NCBI RefSeq assembly: GCF_947568905.1
Contig: NC_079169.1
Location: 58,652,001-58,716,000, forward strand
Direction: 5' to 3'
Length of the DNA: 64,000 nt
Origin: Ostrea edulis
Lineage: Eukaryota
The position numbers were made by a program, and so were the translations under genes. The first letter of the stretch is position 1. Each line of letters begins with the position of its first letter. Under the pieces are notes generated by a model. That model did not search any database. It was not told the DNA's origin and saw only the letters and a program-made list of their open reading frames with translations. Positions 21,719-33,459 of the stretch are shown in pieces.

Positions 21719-22650
21719 TATGGAGCGCCAAATTAACATAAACTCAAATAATTGAAGATATATTCAATTATTTGAAGATATTATCAATTCAATTATTGCT
21801 CTCTTTAATTGAATTAATGCGCGCATTAAATCAATTATTGCTCTCATCAAATGAATTAATGCGCGCTTCAATTCAATTATTGCTCTCATCAATTGAATTA
21901 ATGCCAATCTAATTAAAATCAGATCCTAGGATACGCTCACAATCGCTATGATATACTTACGCAGAGTATACGGCGCGGATCTAAGAAGTCTGATTTTAAT
22001 TAGATTGAATTAATGCGCGCATCAATTGAATTAATGAGAGCAATAATAGATTTATTTACAATGCTTTTGTATACGGAATTAATGCGCGCATCAGTTCTTT
22101 TAAAGAGAGCAACAATTCAATTGAAGAGATCATTAATTCAATTGTGGATATGTTGAATTGAAGATATCTTTAATTATATAGTTGCTCTCTAAAAGAAATA
22201 TTGCTCTCTTCATATGAATAAAGATATCATTAATTCAATTGAAGAGAGCAATAATTGAATTAATGCGCACATTAAATCAATTATTGCTCTCATCAAATGA
22301 ATTAATGCGCGCATCAATTCAATTATTGCTCTCATCAATTGATTTAATGCGCGCATTATATCAATTATTGCTTTTCAATTGAATTGTAGCGCGCATCAAT
22401 TCAATTGTTGATATCATTAATTCATTTGAAGAGATCATTAATTCAATTAAAGCGCGCATCAATTCAGGTGAAGAATTAATGCTATCATCAATTCAATTAA
22501 TGCGCGCAATAATTCAGAATTGAAGATATAATTAATTATTTGAAGACATCTTTAATTAAATTGTTGCACACATCAAATGAATTGATGATATCTTCAAATA
22601 ATTGAAGATATCTTCAATTATTTGAGTTTATGTTAATTTGGCGCTCCATA
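21719..22650. mobile_element. Foldback-like TIR element (932 bp) with 6-bp TSD and internal short tandem motifs
   Basis: TIR tatggagcgccaaattaacataaactcaaataattgaagata matches at both ends. Flanked by gagatc (21713-21718 and 22651-22656). The interior is built from aattaatgcgcgcatc / aattattgctctc motifs. Confidence 0.85.
21905..22007. mobile_element. 103-bp miniature TIR element with perfect 9-bp TSD, nested in the foldback element
   Basis: 19-bp perfect TIR caatctaattaaaatcaga; TSD aattaatgc at 21896-21904 and 22008-22016. Confidence 0.8.
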
Positions 22651-22989
22651 GAGATCATAGAGTCTAACATATGGATATCTTCATCTTTCGAGAACGGGTA
22701 GTCAGTGATGTATTGAACACGTTTACTTTCATTTTTTACGTTGTTTGCTACATTTAACTACGAAGTAACCTAAATGTGTCTGTATTTCGTTCCATCACCA
22801 ATATAAAGTGGGAGTACCATGGTTTGAAAGTCTGGAGAATATTTTGTTGCCCCGAAGATAGGGTCTCAAACTCCAAGGTTAGCTATTCAAAATTTTAGAA
22901 AACTGAGCACATTTAAAAAAAAAAAAGTACTCAATACATATTGCTAACTTCGTCATGTTATCTTATCCAAATTGGGTTTCTCTTGTTAG

Positions 22990-24225
22990 CAATGTTACGC
23001 ATACCTGTATGATACAAGAAAATTGATACGCCATATGAAAAAAAACAAACCAACTAATGTACATCAAAGAAGCATTTGGAGAACTATAGATTCAGAATCT
23101 GCTGTTGTTAAGAGACCACATTATAATATTGAGAACTCCAAGAAAAATCTATTTAGTGATAAACTTCACATTAAAATTATCAAGTACATACGCGGGGTAC
23201 ATAAGAAAGCCAGAAATATGCAGCTATGAGTGAATTAGGCAGATATCCATTATATATTGAAATTCTATCCAATACTATTAAATATTTACAACACATTTAT
23301 ACATCAAATGATAATTTGCTTGAAAATGCACTTCAAGAAAATAGGATGTTAAATTATAACAAAAAGAATTGTTGGTTGAGCAGTGTTTATTTTTTGCTAA
23401 AACAACTAGGAATATCCTGTGATAACATCTTTGCTATAGATCGACAATCAAAAGCGTTTAATGAACTGAGGAAAAGAGTTATTAATGTATGGCAAAATAA
23501 TCTGTCAGAATGTATTAGAAATGTAAAGGGCAAGTTACGAACATATGGATTATTCAAAATAAGATTTTCAAGGGGAAAATACCTTTCCAACATAGTAAAA
23601 CCCGATATTTTTAGATGTTTCACAAACTTTCGCATCAGTTCACATAAACTAGAAATTGAAATTGGCAGGTACAGAAATGTCTCTATAGCAGACCGAAAAT
23701 GCAAATTTTGTAATTCAGACTCTGTAGAAGATGAAATTCATTTTGTGTCTGAATGCCCAACCCATGAACAATATGGACACGAATTTGTAAATCGTATGAT
23801 AAAAGAAAATACCAACTTCTTGCTGTCAAATAAAGATAGATTGATATGACTTATGTCAAATGAAAATAGTATATAACTTGTTATGCTGACTACATATATA
23901 AATGTCATGGGAAAAGATGCCATGTTATCGCAGGGTATATCTGAATACTGAATAAACATAAACGTGGACAGAACTTATAATATCTACTTTTAAAAGTAGC
24001 ATACCATTTTGTGCCATCTACTATTATATTTGTACATTTATTAATGTACTTATATATGATACATGGTGCATTTAAGTTTCACCTGAGCGCTATCATTTGG
24101 ATCTCTTTCCCTGTTTATGTTACTTTATTTCATTTTTTCAATACTCATGGTATATTTGTTCTGAAATATTTGTTCTGAATACCTTTAATGGGTTCAAAAT
24201 TGGAAATAAATGAGATTCTATTCTA
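22990..24225 (+). mobile_element. 5'-truncated LINE (ORF2 C-terminus with CCHC finger; clade uncertain, RTE-X-like)
   Basis: ORF 23226-23849: MSELGRYPL..KLRTYGLFK..FRISSHKLEIEIGRY..RKCKFC..VEDEIHFVSEC. Followed by an AT-rich 3' UTR ending aaataaatgagattctattcta. Confidence 0.75.
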
Positions 24226-25462
24226 ATCATGTTACCAAACTTTTCATTCACAGGATTCATACGATGTCATTGCCAGAAAATTACTACCCGATATCTTAAA
24301 GAAAACAAACAAACAAGTAACTAGCTTATTCCAACTTAGGCAATAACCATTAACAGCATGACCTCTAGCACTTATTTCAAAAAGCAAAGATTTTAATTTT
24401 TAATCAATAAAAAGTAGATATTTGAAATCAACATTCTCTTTACATCATTGTGATAAGGTTTGTCTAAATCCTTTTTCTTATAGCAATACCGTTTGGTCGC
24501 TTAAAAAATTTGTTAAAATGAATTATCATAAAAGCAACTTCATTTTTTGTTTGAATAAATGATTTCGGGAAAACCCACTATGTGGGGAAAGCTGTTTAAC
24601 TTGTTGAATAATCAACAATCTATCATTTTATTTCTTCTCCTTATCAATCATGTTCAAGCACTTTTGATCTTAATGTGGCATGACTTCAGTCTATTTGCAG
24701 TAAATATGGGGTAAGAAAATCGAGACAATGTGTGTAATTAACGTTTGTGGTTATTCTTTTCGATTAGGATATGAAAATGTTCATTAAATTGGTAATTTCG
24801 ATGGATTGTAAAAAATAAATGGTGGCCAGTACAATCTGAATAGCTGCACTAAGGTTAGTTTATCCAATGTACAGTCTGAAAGAGATTTGGTGCCGAGCGA
24901 AGCGAGGGACCAAATCGAGTGGCGAGAGAAAAATTTAACAACATACTTAGTACATGTGTCACACGAGAACTAAGAAGTCTTTGTGGTCTCTGGTTATAAC
25001 CTTTCCGTATTTTTATCTTTTAATCAAGATCATCAGCACTTGATTGGTGCAATTTGTATTGGCTGGGTGTAATAATTAGTGCCCCCAAAGGGAGTTTACC
25101 TGTATTCAACAATAAAATATATGAAAAGAAGATAAGGGTGTACAGTGAGTAGTTTTCAATAATTTTGAGGTTTTTTTCCCGTACACATTTAAAATATCTT
25201 CACCCATGTTTCAAGAGTGTCTGTCATGTCTAAGTTTAGAACTTACTAATATTATTCTTTTGGATATTTTTGGCTATGATAGAAAAAACTTCCATGTGTT
25301 TTTTAAGTTCTAGATTTCATTTCTGTCGTTTAAATTGGTTACAAATGACTAGTAATGATGGGGTAGATTGCTGGATGTATCGCTTTGTGACAGAAGCAGG
25401 AACACAAGATGGTGAATACACATATTATACTATTTTCATAAAGTGTTAGCACTTGTTGGGAC

Positions 25463-25467
<5 letters not shown>

Positions 25468-25504
<37 letters not shown>
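25468..25504. repeat. (AG)n microsatellite
   Basis: Direct observation. Confidence 0.95.
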
Positions 25505-25507
<3 letters not shown>

Positions 25508-25765
25508 TGGTAACAAATTGATATAAATTTCATCACATATTTAAGCGTGATATTTGTGGGTTTTCTTTCATAATATTCAATTTTCCATACCAATTCTGGT
25601 ATTTGAAACACCGTATTCAGAAAGCGTAACACATTTTCTTGATTGTCACCAACCATTGATAATTATTGGTTTAGTAATTGTAATACAATGGTATGGTTAC
25701 TCATCCATAAAGCTTGGACTTGGGGTGTACCAAGTGATTTGGTATGGGGAAAAATCCTTTGTTCG

Positions 25766-26362
25766 AGGTAAGTTAATCCAATGTACAGTCTGAATAACTA
25801 TACTAAGGTAAATTAATCCAATGTACAGTCTGAATAACTGTACTAAGGTAAGTTAATCCAATGTACAGTCTGAATAACTGTACTAAGGTAAGTTAATCCA
25901 ATGTACAGTCTGAATAACTGTACTAAGATAAGTTAATCCAATGTACAGTCTGAATAACTGTACTAAGATAAGTTAATCCAATGTACAGTCTGAATAACTG
26001 TACTAAGATAAGTTAATCCAATGTACAGTCTGAATAACTGTACTAAGATAAGTTAATCCAATGTACAGTCTGAATAACTGTACTAAGGTAAGTTAATCCA
26101 ATGTACAGTCTGAATAACTGTACTAAGGTAAGTTAATCCAATGTACAGTCTGAATAACTGTACTAAGGTAAGTTAATCCAATGTACAGTCTGAATAACTG
26201 TACTAAGATAAGTTAATTCAATGTACAGTCTGAATAACTGTACTAAGATAAGTTAATCCAATGTACAGTCTGAATAACTGTACTAAGATAAGTTAATCCA
26301 ATGTACAGTCTGAATAACTGTACTAAGGTAAGTTAATCCAATGTATAGTCTGAAGAGCTGTA
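25766..26362 (+). repeat. 40-bp satellite-like array, 15 near-identical units
   Basis: Unit aagttaatccaatgtacagtctgaataactgtactaag(g/a)t with exact 40-bp period and no spacers. Confidence 0.97.
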
Positions 26363-26399
26363 CATTGGATCTTCGATATCTTCTTTTACTTTCAATTCG

Positions 26400-29172
26400 A
26401 GAATTTTACTTCTGAAGATGAAATTCTTCAAAACCATGCTTCAGTTTAAGACACATTTAATATGCCAGTTAATGGGTCGGATGAATATGAGTTACCGTAT
26501 CTATACTGGATTCCTAGACTTTACAAAAACCCTTACAAACAAAGGTGCGTTACTAGATCCAATAAATGTTCTGCCAAGCCTCTATCTTTGTTCCTCACGA
26601 AAATATTAACAGCTGTGAAGGACAAACTTTAAACGTACTGTGCCACAACATATGCCAAAAATGATGTAAATCAAATGTGGATTCTAAAAAATTCTAAAGA
26701 GCTTTTAGTAAACTTGAAGCAGCAAAACTTTTCTCAAATCAATAACATCAAAACGTATAACTTTTCAACACTTTACACGACTATTGCTCATGATAAATAG
26801 ATTTTTTGACATCATATGCATTTGCTTCTTCAACAAAAATGGAAAAAGGAAATATTCATATCTAGTGATCAGTCATCCAAAAAAATTCTTGGTTAAAACC
26901 AATCTGATTCTACGCATAAACTTAAGTACTCTGAAGTTGAAATAAAAAACATGCTGGGGTTCCTAATTGACACTATCTTCGTAGTCTTTGGTGATCAGGT
27001 CTTCCAACGGTCTGTTGGAATTTCCATGGACACGAATTGTGCTCCTTTGTCAGCGGACCTGTTTTTATATTCTCATGAAGCCGAATTAATTGAAAAACTT
27101 CTACATGAGAAGAAAAATTTCTTACTGTGGACTCGAAATTTAGATATATCGACGACGTTTATCTATTACCAATAATCATTTTCATTCATATGTCGATTCG
27201 ATATATCCCTGTGAACTCAAAATAAAAGACACCACAGTCCTCAACATCTGCTTCGTACTTGTATATTGAAAATAAATATTAACTGCAAACTAACTACATG
27301 TACTTAACTTTATGACAAACGGGATGATTTCAGCTTCTCCATCGTCAATTTCCCATATTTATGTTGCAATATTCCATTATCACCTGCATATGGTGTTTAT
27401 ATCTCTCAACTGATTCGATAAGCAAGAGCTTGTTCTGCGTATGATAAGTTTTTCAATCAAGGCATGCTACTGACAAACAAGTTGATGGTGCAGGGGTTTC
27501 AACAGTTTTGTTTAAAATCAGCATTTCGCAAATTATATGATCGTTATTATAATAATGATTTAGTTTGCCAATACAACCTATCATTGGGTCAAATGCTGTC
27601 TGACGTGTTTCATACCGATTGCTAGGCCGTCCGTGGCACACTGATTTTGACTACGGATTACTTCGTTTATCTGATAGATATAGGGCTCACAGCGGGTGTG
27701 AGTGTTCGACAGGGGATGCTTTCTCCTCCCAGGCACGTGGTCCCACCTCTTGTATATCCAGGGGTCCATGTTTGCACAACTCTATTTTGTATTCCTTATA
27801 GGAGATATGAGATTGAGGGTACCTGTAAAGTGCGAAACGAAATCGAAACGAAACACGAAATCTACCGAAACGAAATCTACCGAAACGAAACCCACCGAAA
27901 CGAAACCTACCGAAACGAAACGAAACAGATTGTATAACCGAACTCTTTTAATTTAATAATTAAAAATGGTATCTTAGGCTCCTGTGAAAGTTACCACATA
28001 TAAACGAAATTCGCTTCCCCTTTGATGTAGGCTTTCGGCTTGACTGATACAAAGTTTTAAAAGTTGGAAAGGGGGGGGGGGGTGGGGGTGGAGTAAGCAC
28101 AAAGTACATATCCGAAGTTGATTAAATACCATGTGCAATTAGTTTCGGATCCATAAATTTCAGAACGGAGGGTTACAATATCAGAGGTCAGGGGAAACAC
28201 ACTAAACGAGGGGTGGGGTCGACGCCGTTGGATCCGCCTTTGGGTATAGATATATTATTTGAAGAAGTTGGTGTCTGAGAAAGTTGAAAGTGGGAAGAAC
28301 TCTTAACCCCTTATTTTATCTCTAACTGCTGAGGCACGAGTGCTTACAATAATGGAAAAACATTAAATAGTATACCATATTATATGAATGCAATTCGGTA
28401 AGATATATATACATGTATTATTAAACAGTATTATTGATATGTAGTGAGTCTAAAGATAACTCTATACATTTATGATGTTGCTAAGACGGGGAATTGAAAA
28501 CGGGACGGAAAATGGAAATGTTTTAAGCAATAATATCAGGAGGATGTGAGCATTTTGTAAAATCAAAAGGCTTATGAACAAGGAAGCAGAAATTACAAAG
28601 AGAAAGGGAGGACATATTCAGAATGCACCGTTTGATATAATACATACAAATACACAATATCCACATGTATACATAGATTTGTCTTTAGAGCAAAAAATAC
28701 TGAAACATGTATTATGCCCAAAGGTGGATCCAACGCCGGCGACCCCACCCTTGTTTAGTGTTTTTCCCCAGACCTGTGACCTATGAGACTGTAACCCTCC
28801 GTTCTGAAATTTATGGACCAAAACTAATTACACATGGTATTTAATCAACTTCGGATATGTACTTTGTGCTTACTCACCCCCTTCCAACTTTTAAAACTTT
28901 GTATCAAAAGCCGAAAGCCTACATCAAAGGGGATGCGAATTTTATTTATATGTGGTAACTTTCATAGGGGCCTAAGATACCGTTTTTAATTATAATAATT
29001 AAAAGAGTTCAGTTATACAATCTGTTTCGTTTCGTTTCGGTAGGTTTCGTTTCGCTGGGTTTCGTTTCGGTATATTTCGTTTTGTTTCGGTAGATTTCGT
29101 TTCCTTTCGATTTCGTTTCGCACTTTACAGGTACCCATGAGATTGATCACTGTTCGTTGTCTCCACCTTTTT
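26400..29172 (+). mobile_element. Naiad-type PLE (degenerate; its 3' end is split by the 27817-29136 insertion)
   Basis: LPYLYWIP-like segment, QRSVGISMDTNCAPLSADLFLY, family 3' UTR to 27816; the terminus resumes at 29137 (atgagattgatcactgttcg). Confidence 0.8.
27817..29136. mobile_element. Mutator-like foldback MITE (1320 bp, ~420-bp TIRs, 10-bp TSD)
   Basis: Termini gggtacctgtaaagtgcgaaacg / cgtttcgcactttacaggtaccc. 27817-~28243 is the inverted copy of ~28718-29136, including gaaac-rich repeats. TSD atgagattga at 27807-27816 and 29137-29146. Confidence 0.88.
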
Positions 29173-29226
29173 AAAGTTATCAACTTTTCCTTGTTACATG
29201 CTTGAAAACATTTGCATGTAAAATAT

Positions 29227-29248
29227 TGATTGATTGTTTTACGTCCCG

Positions 29249-29281
<33 letters not shown>

Positions 29282-29566
29282 AGCTGTAGGTGAAGTACCA
29301 CAAATTTAGACCTACATGTATCCTTAGCGCTCAGGGCCGCAGCAGTGAGGGTTATTTTTCGTGCCAACGCCTGCCGCGACACGGGAACTCCATTTCAAGG
29401 TCATATCCAAAAGATTCGGGATTCTCACTTCTGAATACCGAGCGTTTGGCGAAGGAGCAATCACTACCTATTTTAACGTCTTAGGTTTGACGCAGTCATG
29501 GTACGGGCGGGTCTCGACCTCACGGTTACGAAGCGAACGTTTTACCACTGATCTACCGCGACCGGT
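29227..29566 (-). mobile_element. Full-length tRNA-derived SINE (probably Meta-domain bivalve family)
   Basis: On minus: tRNA-like head accggtcgcggtagatcagtggtaa, central ggcacg..aaccctcactgct block, tail gtgaaaaattctcga..caatcaat. Same family as 33460, 38690, 45903 and 51679. Confidence 0.75.
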
Positions 29567-30077
29567 ACATGTAAAAGAAAACAGTGAGAAGATTATTTAG
29601 AAAGTAAATATAGCTGGTACGCATAAATTATACATTGTCTTTTCGGCATCTATAAATAGCCACACACGAGTCAGGGGAATCCCTACATGATGAACTCTAA
29701 GACTGAAAGAGAGTTAAACAACGAATTGCTGTAGTAATTCGTTGTAAGAGGTATTTGATATTTTTATTTCTCTTAAACTTAAGACACAGTACTGTTGTTA
29801 TAAAATACACAGATAAGACCACCGATGATTTAAAAATCTGAACTGAACGGACATGGCCGAGTAAAGGTTGTTTGTAAACACGTGCACCGTTCAAATAATT
29901 CTGGTTAAAACAGGTGAAATAATGTATGACATGTCTTACTGCCTCATAAATACGTACGTGCGATGATCTAACAGTGTTTTTAGAGGGTGGGGGGAATTGT
30001 CGAAACACAGACCTAAATGAAATAAATTGAACCAGAAACAAACGCAGTACAAATTGACAACTATGTTTAGTACATTT

Positions 30078-30739
30078 AGGTAGCAGGGGACAGTTTCGAA
30101 CTAAAAGGGAAATGTGATTTTTCATTAGTCTGAAACATGTGGGTAGGGGTATACATCAAAGTCAGATTATGACAGACTAATGAAAAATCATATTTCCCTT
30201 TAATGCCAATATTGGTGTAGTTGATAAATTATGACCCTAAATTACATGTAATCTATACATATTGGTGCTGGTGCACAAAACATGCTCTGAGCAGGTGCCC
30301 CTTTTTTGCTTTGATTTTCTCTCATCTGGGCTAATCGGCACCACCCCCACACCACCACAGTACCAAGCGTGGGGATTTAGACACTGTGCACAATCAGGAA
30401 TCCTGTCTGGCCTTCTTAAAAATTTACCTTTCATATGGGGCCATCCACCTTCCCTTTCAGCTACAGACCTTTTGCTGGGTCATGCATGTTTTTACCGGAA
30501 TTTCTTCAGCGACTGACCACGTGTCTTGGTTTCGTATTTGCACCCATCTATATGCTAGGAATCATGGTAACACCTACATTTTGTATATCAACATTTTTAT
30601 TAAGCACTCGGCTACATCTGACATGTATCCTAAAATTATTCTATACAATTTTACACATGTAATATCACTTCAAATATGGGGCATTTCCATTTTTTTTTAA
30701 TTGACCCGGGCCTATAGTGCGAAACTGTCCCTGCTACCT
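30078..30739. mobile_element. Non-autonomous TIR element (Kolobok-like termini)
   Basis: aggtagcaggggacagtttcgaacta versus the reverse complement aggtagcagggacagtttcgcacta; T/A-rich flanks. Confidence 0.6.
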
Positions 30740-30819
30740 TATTTTATACATGCACCAGTTTGAAAAGCAATATCTGATCGGACCGCGCTTTTGCGCGGCT
30801 TGTAATGAGTATGATTCGA

Positions 30820-31375
30820 AATAAGAGACGAAGGGAATATTTCTCTTTAGCAGCACATGAAAAATATTCTGTCACTCTCGATCAGTGTTAAGACTTAAAA
30901 AGAATTTATTATCTTTCATTTCTAACTCTATCACCTGGAATGGAAACTATGATACATAATATTGATTTTCTTATGGCTCTATATATTATCTCCAGTTTCA
31001 AGCTATTATCGTTTTTATAATACGAAATAAATTCATTTCTAACATAAAACGTCAAATTAATCATAAGTTTATTACTCGGTGTAAATCAAAGCAACAAGAA
31101 GAAAGTGCATTAATATAATCTGGAATAAGAGACAAAGGGAAAAATTCTTCTAGCAACATATGAAAAAGAATTCTTGACTTTCAGATAGTGATTATTATTA
31201 TTATTTTTTTGATTTACGAATTAATTTTCTTTATTTCTAAATGCATTAGCTGGAATGGAAACAATATACATGAAATTGATTTAAAAGAAACTGAAAAGAC
31301 TCTATAAATATTGTTTCAAGCAATTATTTGGGTGTTTTTCATTTATGGAAATAAATTAATTTCTGACATAAATCC
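30820..31375 (+). repeat. Diverged ~305-bp tandem duplication
   Basis: ataagagac(g/a)aaggga..ctggaatggaaac.. occurs at ~30822 and ~31126. Confidence 0.6.
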
Positions 31376-31627
31376 CCGAAGTGTAGAATGTCATTTCATG
31401 AGAATAAGACACGTACTACAGTACATCGGGCCAACCAACATTCCAGTGCCATTGTAAACAGCAAGAAGCATTTTTATGCAAAACTTATATATTGACGCAG
31501 ACATCAAATTCGGACGCGGCTTTTTAGATACCACCAAGATTTTGCAAATGAAGCCATTTAGCGACTTTCATGTTTCATATCAAAGTTTATTTTTCCTGCA
31601 GTCAGTCCTTCACTATATGTAAAACTT

Positions 31628-31870
31628 ATACTGTACCAATTTTGATGCACCAGATGCGCATTTCGACAAATAATGTCTCTTCAGTGATGCTCAAGCCGAA
31701 ATTTTGAAAATTCGAAATAACAATAAACTTGTAAGAGCTAAAAGGAAAACTAGAGGGCCAACAACTGGAACCAAATTCGTCCAATAATAAGAGCTATGCA
31801 TGAGGGAGATAATCCTTAATTTTGGAATGGATTTCTAAATTTTATCCCAGCAATGAAATATACATACGTA
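31628..31870 (-). mobile_element. Short PLE-related / retrozyme-like element carrying a hammerhead ribozyme
   Basis: ~240-bp non-coding segment containing the HHR below. Boundaries are approximate. Confidence 0.5.
31647..31690 (-). ncRNA. Minimal type I hammerhead ribozyme
   Basis: Minus strand: GCAUCA-CUGAAGA-GACA uuauu UGUC-GAAA-UGCGCAU-C-UGGUGC. Intact core, 4-bp stem II, palindromic stem III (AUGCGCAU), AUC cleavage triplet and 6-bp stem I (one G-U). Confidence 0.8.
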
Positions 31871-32529
31871 TGGTTCATTTCGGCAGATAATATCCCATTG
31901 CATTATGATATATCTCATTGCACTAAGTAGCTTTCCAAAGAAATTATTTTCTTTTTAATTGTGCGTTGTATTAACCCTTTGTTAGTAACATACCACCTGA
32001 AATAGACAGAATATATAATTGTAATATATTGATATAAACATGTCATTAAACATGGTTATGGGAACCTGAGAGAAATTTATGTACTATACAATCTATACTT
32101 ACAAATTAACAATTTTGCCAAAAATCTCCGAAACTCTTGCTTTAAAGTTACTGCTTGCACCTTAAATATTGTTTTATGTATGGGGTGAAGTAAACTGTAA
32201 TATAATCTTTCTTTTCGATAAACTACCCTGAAGTAGCAAAACTGAGAGCGGCGAATACAGTACGCTTTGGCGGATCTAAGCCAGTTTTCTTTTTAAAATG
32301 ACAATTAAAGATAATACAATGTGAAGTAAATCCATTGTTTATCGATTTTTGGTTTTCATCTTATAGAAGAAATATCTAAAGTTTTGACAATTGGTAAATA
32401 AATAAAATATTCGTTTCTTCAATTCGTGATTTTAGTCTTGAATTAGTCTTGATCATCAAGACGCATCGACTCGTTCGTCTGATAAAAACAAGCGTCTACA
32501 TGATCGAGACTAATCTTGAATCACCCTTA

Positions 32530-33247
32530 TAGTCTGGTCCCCTTCCCACAATTCCGTTCACGCACTCTCTACATTGCAGAGAGAGCTAGCCTAGGTCACG
32601 CAAGCCGTTTGACTTCCCACTCAAACGCCTTGGAGCGTTCTATTTAAAAATATTACACCGCGAGGGGGCGCTATCGAAAAACTGAAATGGCGACACCGAA
32701 GAAAACAAAGAGCACAGCTGTTGTTCCAAATGTCAGTTTATGTGTCGCTTGTTCTAAAGAAAGCAAACGTTGTGTTTTTGCAAGTTCGAAACTTGGTCCT
32801 TCATTAGAAAAACCAGTGACGATATGACCAGAATTATGCTGACTTCACGAGAACTAGTATTACTATGCAGGTCTTCTTCAAACATTAATTGCGATAGAAT
32901 CGTATACAATAGCGATTTCCCATAGCCTGTTGGTAATACTGCCAACACGTCTCACCTATTAGCTAATTTAAGTAAACACTCTTTCTGTAAAGGTTTCAGT
33001 GAGAATTCGATTTTTAAATCTGATAAAACTTTGTTTTTCTTCTGTTCGACTGCATCCGTCATCGTTATGCATTGATCAACCAATCAGCTGCTTTATCAGA
33101 ATTCGGATAAGCCTCGTTATGGAGTGTAAATGTTTATCGTAGAATGCTCCTAGACGTTTGTCTCGTAGAACACTGCATTGGCAAACGTGTAAGTGACCTA
33201 GACTACAGAGAGAGCGTGAACGGAATTGTGGGAAGGGGACCAGATTA
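32530..33247 (-). mobile_element. AcademH-like non-autonomous DNA transposon with RecQ-type SF2 helicase remnant
   Basis: 34-bp TIR tagtctggtccccttcccacaattccgttcacgc (33/34 match). 9-bp TSD tcaccctta / tcagcctta. The minus strand reads FSLKPLQKECL..*DVLAVLPTGYGKSLLY..ILVISSLVFLMKDQV (Q motif, motif I, motif Ia). Confidence 0.8.
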
Positions 33248-33459
33248 TCAGCCTTATGGAAATTTCCAGAACGAAGAGCCCAGAACGAGGCAACATCATA
33301 AACACTTAAGTCTGCAACCAATCGCACACTCTCGGGCCTTTCTTGCAAGCCGAGAAGTTGCGATTGGTTTACAATATTATCCGCAAAAATTGTGTTGGTG
33401 TTTAGTGTTTGTTATAGTTATAAAAATTTTGACTAGGTCCATATTTATCCTTTTATGAA

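Noticed and set aside
24254-24330. Possible further exon of paralog B (GFIRCHCQK..)
   Set aside because: It has a good acceptor but no domain similarity, and it lies beyond a sense-strand LINE 3' end. Unsupported.
25766-26362. CRISPR-like appearance of the palindromic 40-bp repeats
   Set aside because: The units are contiguous with no unique spacers, there are no cas genes, and the context is eukaryotic. It is a satellite.
32754-32948. A host RecQ helicase gene
   Set aside because: There is an in-frame stop just upstream of motif I, no downstream helicase motifs, and it is enclosed by TIRs and a TSD.
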